From assembly GCA_049643885.1 (NCBI GenBank), contig JBARQV010000029.1:24997-88996 (forward strand): a stretch of DNA of 64,000 nt, in the 5' to 3' direction. This DNA is from Candidatus Omnitrophota bacterium. GTDB taxonomy: Bacteria; Omnitrophota; Gorgyraeia; Tantalellales; Tantalellaceae. The notes beneath the pieces are model-generated. The model was not told the DNA's origin. It saw nothing but the letters and a program-made list of their open reading frames with translations, and did not search any database. Both the position numbers and the translations under genes were made by a program. Shown one piece after another: positions 56,641-64,000 of the stretch (the first letter of the stretch is position 1; each line of letters opens with the position of its first letter).

Positions 56641-57861
56641 TCAAGACTGCTGATGTTTTTGCCCGGGTTGCTGGTCTCTTTGCCCTGGCTGCTGGTCTCT
56701 TTGCCCTGGCTGCTGGTCTCTTTGCCCTGGCTGCTGGCCTCTTTGACCTGGCTGCTGGCCTCTTTGCCCTGGCTGCTGGCCTCTTTGCCCTGGCTGCTGG
56801 CCTCTTTGACCTGGCTGCTGGCCTCTTTGCCCTGGCTGCTGGCCTCTTTGAACGGGTCCTTCGACCAGGTTGGCGAATATCATTCTGCCCGCAGAGGTCT
56901 GGAGCACGCTCGTCACGGTCACATCGACGTTTTTCCCGATGAGCCTCTTGGCATTATCTATTACGATCATTGTCCCATCATTCAGAAAGGCCAGGCCCTG
57001 ATTTTTTTCCTTACCCTCTTTCCTTATAGAGACGGTCATCTGCTCCCCCGGAAGGACTACAGGCCGCAGTGCGTTGGCCAGGTCGTTGATGTTAAGGACC
57101 GAGACCCCTTCAAGCTTTGCGACCTTGTTCAGATTGAAATCGTTAGTCAATACCGGGCAATCCAGGACTTTCGACAACCGCACGAGTTTTGCGTCCACTT
57201 CCCTGATCTCGGGGAAAGATTCGTCATGTATTATAACTTCAGAACCGGGGATTTGTTTCAGCCTGTTCAGCATGTCCAACCCCCTGCGTCCCCTGGCTCT
57301 TTTTGACTCATCGGAGCTGTCCGCGACTTGCTGCAGCTCCTGGAGTATAAAACGGGGGACGACAAGTTTCCCTAACAGGAACCCCGTTTCGCAGATGGAC
57401 GCGATCCTCCCGTCTATGATGACGCTGGTATCGAGCAGAAAGAACTGTTCCCTCTGGTCTTCCCGCGAAAACCTCACGTAAGGAATGATGAGGTTGAATT
57501 CGTCTTTGCCCTTTATCGAAATGATCATTCCCAGATAGCAGAACACGACGGTGAAAATTATCTGAAAGGTAGAATAAATACTTTCCTCCATCGGTATCAG
57601 GCGTATGATACGGGTCAACATCCAGGCGATAAAAAAACCGAATACCAGGCCGAACACCGTGACCGAAAGGTTCCTCAGCGAAACACGCCTTAATTTCACT
57701 TCAACAAATATGATGCACATCGCCACGAAAAAACCTATACCGGCGCCGAGCATGGCGCCTTTAGAGGTAAGGTCCGTAAGGACATACCCCAGGTAATACC
57801 CGCATACAACGCTAAGAATTGTGAAAAATATCCGTAAAAATGTGATTGTAAACACTTTCAC
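56641..57861 (-). CDS. Membrane-anchored PIN plus TRAM domain protein (YacL-like) with a C-terminal 9x heptapeptide repeat QRGQQPG.
   Basis: N-terminal TM helices, a PIN core (FLLDTSVIIDGRI) and a TRAM-like beta-barrel segment. It sits upstream of ispD-ispF, as yacL does in Bacillus. Confidence 0.75.
   Translation of the reverse strand: MKVFTITFLRIFFTILSVVCGYYLGYVLTDLTSKGAMLGAGIGFFVAMCIIFVEVKLRRVSLRNLSVTVFGLVFGFFIAWMLTRIIRLIPMEESIYSTFQIIFTVVFCYLGMIISIKGKDEFNLIIPYVRFSREDQREQFFLLDTSVIIDGRIASICETGFLLGKLVVPRFILQELQQVADSSDESKRARGRRGLDMLNRLKQIPGSEVIIHDESFPEIREVDAKLVRLSKVLDCPVLTNDFNLNKVAKLEGVSVLNINDLANALRPVVLPGEQMTVSIRKEGKEKNQGLAFLNDGTMIVIDNAKRLIGKNVDVTVTSVLQTSAGRMIFANLVEGPVQRGQQPGQRGQQPGQRGQQPGQRGQQPGQRGQQPGQRGQQPGQRDQQPGQRDQQPGQRDQQPGQKHQQS
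56662..56850. repeat. Nine tandem copies of a 21-bp coding repeat (consensus CCCTGGCTGCTGGCCTCTTTG), encoding (QRGQQPG)9 on the minus strand.
   Basis: Seen directly. The units differ by 1 or 2 nt. Confidence 0.9.
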
Positions 57862-57887
57862 CTCCTTCTGTTAAATAAAAAAATAAA

Positions 57888-58574
57888 TCATTTCTTCTTT
57901 GGTTTTTGGAACAATTTCCAGGGATGTGCCTTGATATCGGCTATAAAATCTTCCAGTTGATTATAAAGACCGTCATCTGTCAGAAGTTTCCCTATAGTTC
58001 CTTCTCCGTTCCTTATTTTCCCGAAAATGGCTTTCCAGTCTTCGTAAAGGGCGTCATCCGTGAGAAGCTTCCCGAACGTACCTTCGCCCCTGTCAAGACG
58101 TCCCAGAACTTTTTCGATGTAGTTGGCTATCTTGTGAAGTTCCTCCATCTGCTGCCCGACTTTCATAGGATTCCGGCCGACCATGATCTCTTCCGGTTTA
58201 AAAAATCGATTTTCCGTGCCGGGATCTATTTCCAGATACCGTTCTCCCAATAGACCCAAAGTATTGATCCTGGCTATGGCGTCTTTTTCGATCTGGACAT
58301 CTTTCCTGATCCGCAAGTTCAGCGCGACCCGGGTTATCTTTGCCTCATCGTCATAGAACAGGTCGATGTTTTTGACCTCGCCGACGTCAACGCCGGCAAA
58401 CCTCACCGGAGCGTCCTTTGTTATCCCGTTCACATAGTCAAAGACCACTTTGAGGTTATACCCTTTTTCGAACGGATAGAGGTCGCCTATGGAAAAAACT
58501 ATCAAAAACATCAGGAATAATCCGATCCCGATGAATATCCCGACCTTCATCTCCAGTTTTTCGTCCCTGAACAT
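57888..58574 (-). CDS. mlaD: MCE-domain phospholipid transport substrate-binding protein
   Basis: 228 aa with an N-terminal TM helix and an MCE domain. Confidence 0.85.
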   Translation of the reverse strand: MFRDEKLEMKVGIFIGIGLFLMFLIVFSIGDLYPFEKGYNLKVVFDYVNGITKDAPVRFAGVDVGEVKNIDLFYDDEAKITRVALNLRIRKDVQIEKDAIARINTLGLLGERYLEIDPGTENRFFKPEEIMVGRNPMKVGQQMEELHKIANYIEKVLGRLDRGEGTFGKLLTDDALYEDWKAIFGKIRNGEGTIGKLLTDDGLYNQLEDFIADIKAHPWKLFQKPKKK

Positions 58575-58619
58575 ATATAAATCCTCCTTTTCAAAAAACG
58601 GTTAGTAGTTCGCAATTTG

Positions 58620-59366
58620 TCATATTTTCGTAATGGGTCCTTTTGCGTTTCCTGTTATAAACTGCTGAACGATCGCATTCTCGCAATTTTTCATCTCTTC
58701 CGGAGAACCGACCTCGATTATGCTCTTGTCATAAAGCATGGCTATACGGTCAGCGATCTTATACGCGCTTTTCATGTCATGAGTGACGGTTATCGAGGTC
58801 ACGTTCAGTGATTCATGCAAGTGTCTGATCAAGTCGTTGATTATGTCACCCATTATAGGGTCCACACCGGTGGTCGGCTCATCAAATAATATTATTTTCG
58901 GGTCCATGCATATCGCCCGGGCTAACCCTACTCTCTTTTTCATACCCCCGGAAAGTTCCGCCGGTTTGACATACTCGATATTTTCAAGCCCCACCATCTT
59001 GAGCCTTTCCGCGACGCACTGCTTTATATCATCCAGGCTTCTGTCCGTGTATTCAATAAGCTGGAACCCCACGTTCTCAAGCACGTTCAGCGAGTCAAAA
59101 AGCGCCGCCCCCTGGAAAAGCATTCCGAAATCCATACGTATCTTATTCAGTTCTTTGGAATTCAGCTCGGTTATATCCGTCCCGTCGATGATAACGCTGC
59201 CGGAATTTGGCCTCATTATCCCGATAATATGCTTCAGGAGCACGCTCTTACCGCACCCGGACCTGCCGATAATGACCATGGATTCCCCTGTATTGATCGT
59301 CAGGTTAAGGTCCTTAAGGACCTGGAGACCGTTGAAAGATTTACACAAATTCTTAAGCTCTATCAT
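58620..59366 (-). CDS. mlaF: Phospholipid ABC transporter ATP-binding protein
   Basis: Walker A GRSGCGKS. Confidence 0.9.
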   Translation of the reverse strand: MIELKNLCKSFNGLQVLKDLNLTINTGESMVIIGRSGCGKSVLLKHIIGIMRPNSGSVIIDGTDITELNSKELNKIRMDFGMLFQGAALFDSLNVLENVGFQLIEYTDRSLDDIKQCVAERLKMVGLENIEYVKPAELSGGMKKRVGLARAICMDPKIILFDEPTTGVDPIMGDIINDLIRHLHESLNVTSITVTHDMKSAYKIADRIAMLYDKSIIEVGSPEEMKNCENAIVQQFITGNAKGPITKI

Positions 59367-59404
59367 GTCTTTTCTTCAGAAATTAGTTATTAGTTTTTAG
59401 TTGT

Positions 59405-60205
59405 TTATTTCATTACAAAATAAAACAGCGCCGTGAAAAAACAATCGGCTACAATGATCAATATAAAACTCCTGACCACGCTAGCCGTCGTTGCCCGGCC
59501 GACCCCCTCGGCTCCGCCCTCGGTCCTCATGCCTTCATAGCAGGATATAACGCAGATTATCACCGCGAACGAAATGCTCTTGATGAGACCGGTCGCGATA
59601 TCCTTGATCTTCAAGGGATCGAACGTCATTTTTACGTACATAAAATGGGAAATGTTCAGCTTTCCGACCCCTATCAGGTATCCTCCAAGCATACCGAAGA
59701 AATCAGCGTAGATCGTCAAAAGCGGAACCATGATCAAAAGCGCGAAGAAACGCGGAACGACCAGGTATTTGACCGGATTGGCCGAGAGCGTCTCCAGGGC
59801 GTCGACCTGCTCGGTGACCTTCATCGTCCCCACTTCAGCGGTTATCGCCGCACCGCACCTTCCCGCAATGATCAAAGCCGTCAATACCGGACCCAGCTCG
59901 CGCGTCAGGGAAAGCGCGACCAGCGACGCGATATACATCTCGGCCGCCACCTTCTGCATCTGGTAGGCGCTTTGCAAGGCCAGCACTATACCCGTAAACA
60001 AACTTATCAAGAGCACTATCGGGAAACTTGCCACGCCTATCTTGTTCATCTGGTCAAGCGTCTGCCATCTCCTGAAAGGAGGAATGAATGTCCAGAAAAC
60101 GGTCTTTCCGAGCAGGACAGCCAGTCCTCCGATATACGAGAAGAAATTTACCACTTTCCGCTTAGTATAAAGAGCTGTTCTTCTTCCGATCTGTTTCAAA
60201 CGCAT
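59405..60205 (-). CDS. mlaE: Phospholipid ABC transporter permease
   Basis: 266 aa polytopic permease of the MlaE/YrbE family. Confidence 0.9.
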   Translation of the reverse strand: MRLKQIGRRTALYTKRKVVNFFSYIGGLAVLLGKTVFWTFIPPFRRWQTLDQMNKIGVASFPIVLLISLFTGIVLALQSAYQMQKVAAEMYIASLVALSLTRELGPVLTALIIAGRCGAAITAEVGTMKVTEQVDALETLSANPVKYLVVPRFFALLIMVPLLTIYADFFGMLGGYLIGVGKLNISHFMYVKMTFDPLKIKDIATGLIKSISFAVIICVISCYEGMRTEGGAEGVGRATTASVVRSFILIIVADCFFTALFYFVMK

Positions 60206-60215
60206 GTTGCCCTTT

Positions 60216-62684
60216 CTACGCCATGTTAGCCCGCGCTTGGCTTGACTTAAACGCGAGTTCTTCTTTTTCCTTGAAATGTGTCACCTTGATCTTCGTCCCG
60301 TCTTTGAACGCGCCGGCCAGGATCTCCTCGGCCAGGGGATTCTCAAGATACCTCTGGATGGTCCTCTTGAGCGGGCGTGCCCCGAAGACCTTGTCAAATC
60401 CCTTGGTTATCAAGAAATCTTTGGCTAACTTATCTAGAGTGATATCTATATTCTTTTCTTTAAGCCTCTCTTCGACCTCTTTCACTTCTATTTCCACTAC
60501 CTTCTGGAGGTCCGCCCTGTTCAATGCCCGGAAGACAATAACTTCATCTACCCTGTTAAGAAATTCCGGTTTGAAAGTCTTTTTCACTTCGTCCAGAAGA
60601 CGCGCTTTCATATCCTTATATGTCTCCTCTTCCTGCTGTGACTTGAAACCTATGGCGCCCTGTTTTTTAAGAAGGTTCGCCCCTATGTTAGACGTCATGA
60701 TAAGAACGGTGTTCTTGAAATCCACCTTCCGGCCATAGGAATCGGTAAGGCGCCCTTCATCGAGAACCTGCAGAAGTATATTGAAAACATCGGGGTGGGC
60801 CTTCTCTATTTCATCCAGGAGGACGACCGAATAAGGCCTTCTTCTGACCTTTTCCGTAAGCTGCCCACCTTCCTCATATCCGACATAACCCGGAGGCGCT
60901 CCCACGAGCCTGGATACATTGAATTTCTCCATATATTCCGACATGTCGATCTGTATGATCGCGTCCTCATTACCGAACAAAACCTCGGCCAGTTTCCGCC
61001 CCAACAGCGTTTTGCCGACGCCCGTGGGCCCCATGAAGATGAACGTCCCTATCGGGCGATTGGGCGATTTTATCCCCGCCCGGGACCTTCTCACCGCGTG
61101 AGCTATGGCGTTTATGGCTTCTTCCTGGCCTATGACCCGCTCACTGAGATGTTCATCCAGTTTCAGGTATTTTTTCGAGTCTTCTTCCTCTACCCTCACC
61201 AGGGGAATACCTGTCCAGTCGGACACGATATTGGCGATATCGTCCTCGTCGACGATGACCTTTTTCTTGCGCTGGCTGCTTTTCCATTCCTCCATCTTCT
61301 TTTCCTGATCTTCTTTCGCTTTTCTCTCCGCGTCCCTAAACCGGGCTGCTTTCTCGAAATCCTGGTCTTTTACCGCTACTTCCTTTTCTTTACGGTATTC
61401 CTCTATCCTTTTTCCTTCGTCCTTCAATTCCAGAGGCAGGATCATAGTGGATAGCCTTGCCCTTGAACCGGCTTCATCTATCAGGTCGATCGCCTTATCA
61501 GGAAGAAAACGCCCGCTGATATAACGGTTCGAAAGCTTGGACGCCGCTTCGAGCGCCTTGTCTGTGAACTCGACCCCGTGATGGGCCTCGTATTTATCTC
61601 TCAGGCCCTTCAGGATATCGATAGTCTGCTCGACCGTCGGGGGATCGACGATAACGGGCTGAAAACGTCTTTCAAGGGCCGCGTCTTTCTCGATGGTCTT
61701 GCGATATTCGTCAAGCGTCGTCGCACCTATGCACTGGAACTCACCGTGCTGTAAAGAAGGTTTCAATATGTTGGAAGCGTCTATAGCTCCTTCAGCGCCG
61801 CCGGCGCCCACAAGGGTATGGATCTCATCGATAAAGACGATAACATCCGGAGATTCCTTGATCTCCTTCATGACCGCTTTTATGCGTTCCTCGAACTGCC
61901 CGCGGTACTTAGTGCCGGCTATCATCCCCGCCAGGTCGAGGATCAACAATCTCCTGTCTTTGAGTAACTCGGGGATATCACCGGTTTCGATCTTATGCGC
62001 CAGCCCTTCGACAATGGCGGTCTTGCCCACGCCGGCTTCTCCTATCAGAACGGGGTTGTTCTTCTTGCGCCTGGAAAGGATCTGGATCACCCTCTGGATC
62101 TCTTTGTCGCGACCGATCACGGGATCCAGTTTATCCTGGCTGGACATTTCGGTCAGGTTGGTGGCAAACGAATCCAGCGCCGGGGTCTTTGTCTTCTTCT
62201 TGCGTTTGCTGTTACCCATTGAAATGCCGTATCCCGGGACAGAAGATCCCAGCAGATTCAACACCTCGTCGCGGACCGTCTTCAGGTCCAGTCCCATGTT
62301 GATAAGGACCTGACTCGCGACCCCTTCCCCTTCCCGGATAAGTCCAAGTAGGATATGTTCCGTCCCTATATAGTTGTGTCCCAAGTTCCTGGCCTCATCC
62401 ATGGCCAGTTCTATTACTTTTTTCGCCCTGGGCGTAAAAGGTATGTCCCCCCCGATAGGGGCGCCCGCGCCCGGCTGGACGAGCCTCTCGGTTTCCTGCC
62501 TTATGCTTTCGAACTCAAGGCCGAGACTGGTCAGGACCGCTGCTGCCACGCCTTCGCCTTCCTTGACCAGCCCCAAAAGCAGATGCTCGGTGCCTATGTA
62601 ATCGTGATTGAACCTTTTTGCCGCTTCCTTGGCTAAAAGGATCACTTTCCTAGCTCGTTCGGTAAATCTGTCAAACCCTGGCAT
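60216..62684 (-). CDS. clpC: ATP-dependent Clp protease ATP-binding subunit ClpC (Clp_N repeats, two AAA+ modules, UVR-like middle domain)
   Basis: 822 aa with N-terminus MPGFDRFTERARKV, two Walker A motifs and a UVR-like segment between D1 and D2. Confidence 0.9.
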   Translation of the reverse strand: MPGFDRFTERARKVILLAKEAAKRFNHDYIGTEHLLLGLVKEGEGVAAAVLTSLGLEFESIRQETERLVQPGAGAPIGGDIPFTPRAKKVIELAMDEARNLGHNYIGTEHILLGLIREGEGVASQVLINMGLDLKTVRDEVLNLLGSSVPGYGISMGNSKRKKKTKTPALDSFATNLTEMSSQDKLDPVIGRDKEIQRVIQILSRRKKNNPVLIGEAGVGKTAIVEGLAHKIETGDIPELLKDRRLLILDLAGMIAGTKYRGQFEERIKAVMKEIKESPDVIVFIDEIHTLVGAGGAEGAIDASNILKPSLQHGEFQCIGATTLDEYRKTIEKDAALERRFQPVIVDPPTVEQTIDILKGLRDKYEAHHGVEFTDKALEAASKLSNRYISGRFLPDKAIDLIDEAGSRARLSTMILPLELKDEGKRIEEYRKEKEVAVKDQDFEKAARFRDAERKAKEDQEKKMEEWKSSQRKKKVIVDEDDIANIVSDWTGIPLVRVEEEDSKKYLKLDEHLSERVIGQEEAINAIAHAVRRSRAGIKSPNRPIGTFIFMGPTGVGKTLLGRKLAEVLFGNEDAIIQIDMSEYMEKFNVSRLVGAPPGYVGYEEGGQLTEKVRRRPYSVVLLDEIEKAHPDVFNILLQVLDEGRLTDSYGRKVDFKNTVLIMTSNIGANLLKKQGAIGFKSQQEEETYKDMKARLLDEVKKTFKPEFLNRVDEVIVFRALNRADLQKVVEIEVKEVEERLKEKNIDITLDKLAKDFLITKGFDKVFGARPLKRTIQRYLENPLAEEILAGAFKDGTKIKVTHFKEKEELAFKSSQARANMA

Positions 62685-62717
62685 TTTATTTCCTCCCTGC
62701 CGTTCCCTGCTACGGCA

Positions 62718-63770
62718 TTATTTTTCACAAAATTTTTCGCGTATAAAATCAGCTCGTTTTACGTCCCTCTCATTCGGGTTCAGCTTTTTCCCGAAGATCT
62801 TCTGGAGATGCGCGGGTTGGCTGAGCAAAATGACCTCATTGACCAATGCAGTATCGATATCCTTGATCAACCCGAGATCCGTCCCCAGCCTTACCGCGGA
62901 CAAAAGCTTGATGGTCTCGGCCGATGTTATTATCCTCGCGCTTTTCAGAGTCCCATACGACCTGAACACCTGGTCCGAGACTTCCTGTTTCCTTTTCTTC
63001 ACCAACATATCCCTGGTAGATTCCTCTTTTGAAATAACTTTGTTTATGATCTTTTCCAGGTTATCCAGAATATCCGGTTCGGAATGCCCCAGGGCTACCT
63101 GATTGGATATCTGGAAAAAATCTCCCGAGGCTTCGGTACCTTCGCCGTAAAACCCCCTTATGGTCAGCCCGAGCTTTGATATCGCTTCGTACACATTCTT
63201 CACCTGCCCGGTGATGACCAGCGCCGGTAAATGCAGCATCACCGAAGCCCTGAGCCCGGTCCCTGTATTAGTTGGACATGATGTAAGATACCCGAACCGG
63301 TCGGAAAAATCAAACGTAAGATGCTGCTCTAGATCTGAATCGATATCATCTACGATCCTCCAGGCTTCCATGATGTTAAAGCCCGGTTGTAACACCTGGA
63401 GCCTCATGTGATCCTCTTCATTTATCATCACGCTGACCATTTCAGTTTCTTCTACCGCCAGCCCCTTATGTTTCACGTCCGTCATGTGCTCCCGGCTCAT
63501 CAGGTAACGTTCGACCAGAAAACACCTGTCTATTTCGTCGGTGTTTTTCATCCTCAGGAAAAGAGCCTTTTTCAGGAACTTCGTATCTTTCAGCGCCGAC
63601 TCGACCACCTTCAGGGTCTCTTCTTTCTGCGTATCGCTTGCCCATTCAAAGAACAAATGACCTTTCACGTTCCTGGCCACCCTCACCCTGGACGATATCA
63701 CGATATTGGATTTCGGGCCTTCGCCTTTAAGCCACACGCTCTTTTTGTGAACAAAATTATCCAGTTTCAT
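62718..63770 (-). CDS. mcsB: Protein arginine kinase (ATP:guanido phosphotransferase)
   Basis: Phosphagen-kinase-like C-terminal domain. The start is probably MKLDNF at 63770, and the ORF track offers an alternative at 63842. It overlaps the mcsA stop by 14 nt. Confidence 0.8.
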   Translation of the reverse strand: MKLDNFVHKKSVWLKGEGPKSNIVISSRVRVARNVKGHLFFEWASDTQKEETLKVVESALKDTKFLKKALFLRMKNTDEIDRCFLVERYLMSREHMTDVKHKGLAVEETEMVSVMINEEDHMRLQVLQPGFNIMEAWRIVDDIDSDLEQHLTFDFSDRFGYLTSCPTNTGTGLRASVMLHLPALVITGQVKNVYEAISKLGLTIRGFYGEGTEASGDFFQISNQVALGHSEPDILDNLEKIINKVISKEESTRDMLVKKRKQEVSDQVFRSYGTLKSARIITSAETIKLLSAVRLGTDLGLIKDIDTALVNEVILLSQPAHLQKIFGKKLNPNERDVKRADFIREKFCEK

Positions 63771-64000
63771 TTGTCGTATTTTTCCTGCCCAGTTTATCCT
63801 CAAGGTCACGTATTCTGTCCCTGAGCACTGCGGCTTTTTCAAATTCTTCTTTTTTCACGAGTTCCCCGAGCTCCTTCCTCATGCGCTCAAGATCCTCCTG
63901 GTTCCGGTACGCCTTCTCCCCCTTGAAAGGAACCTTGCCAACGTGCCGGTCCGATCCATGGATCTTTTTGAGTAAGTCCGCAAGATTTTTACCGAAGGCC
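63757..64000 (-). CDS. mcsA: McsA (activator of McsB, UVR-domain protein), 5'-partial because it runs off the window end.
   Basis: I translated the minus strand myself: ...HVGKVPFKG...EDLERMRKELGELVKKEEFEKAAVLRDRIRDLEDKLGRKNTTNETG*, with a UVR-like EEFEKAA motif. It is not in the ORF track because it is truncated. Confidence 0.6.
   Translation of the reverse strand, partial: AFGKNLADLLKKIHGSDRHVGKVPFKGEKAYRNQEDLERMRKELGELVKKEEFEKAAVLRDRIRDLEDKLGRKNTTNETG

Noticed and set aside
56662-56850. Nine direct repeats of 21 bp, superficially like a mini CRISPR array
   Set aside because: The repeats are contiguous with no spacers and lie in frame inside a CDS, encoding QRGQQPG units. There are no cas genes in the window.

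Overview
This is a 64 kb bacterial chromosomal segment, roughly 50% GC, in which every convincing gene (about 64 CDS) lies on the minus strand. I found no rRNA, tRNA, CRISPR array, transposase or phage genes. Running from high to low coordinate, the content is: (i) a partial mcsA followed by mcsB and clpC; (ii) mlaE-mlaF-mlaD; (iii) a YacL-like PIN/TRAM membrane protein followed by ispD and ispF; (iv) cysE-cysS-tmk-holB-yaaT(PSP1)-metG; (v) ogt and a TatD-radical-SAM fusion; (vi) a CPBP protease, mtnA, thiL, tsaE, tsaB and alr; (vii) ilvB-ilvN-ilvC-leuA/cimA; (viii) aroE-pilD-aroC-aroK; (ix) a PAS-HD-GYP protein, dprA, topA and xerC/D; (x) a large lipid A and LPS-core locus; (xi) hpf, tig, clpP, serC-like, serA, an HMGL-family synthase and a proline-rich secreted protein. 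The LPS locus in (x) reads waaA, lpxK, an LpxL-family gene with an unknown C-terminal domain, a GT4-GT9 fusion, GT4, GT9, GT9, a macro-domain gene, GT9, trxA, an hldE kinase-domain gene, kdsB, kdsA, kdsD, kdsC, then queD-queC-queE-queF inserted before lpxL, lptC/A and lptB. The gene order resembles Firmicutes (mcsAB-clpC, yacL-ispDF, cysES, holB-yaaT), yet a full diderm envelope toolkit (Lpx, Kds, Waa, Lpt, Mla) is present. That combination suggests a diderm lineage with Firmicutes-like synteny, but I cannot assign taxonomy from the sequence alone. The most unusual signals are three families of short, structured intergenic repeats sitting immediately upstream of start codons or between convergently packed genes, and several domain fusions (GT4-GT9, LpxL plus an unknown GT-B-like domain, TatD plus radical SAM). 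I see no clear new multi-gene system such as a defense island. The novelty is in the repeats, the fusions and the macro-domain gene embedded in the heptosyltransferase cluster.
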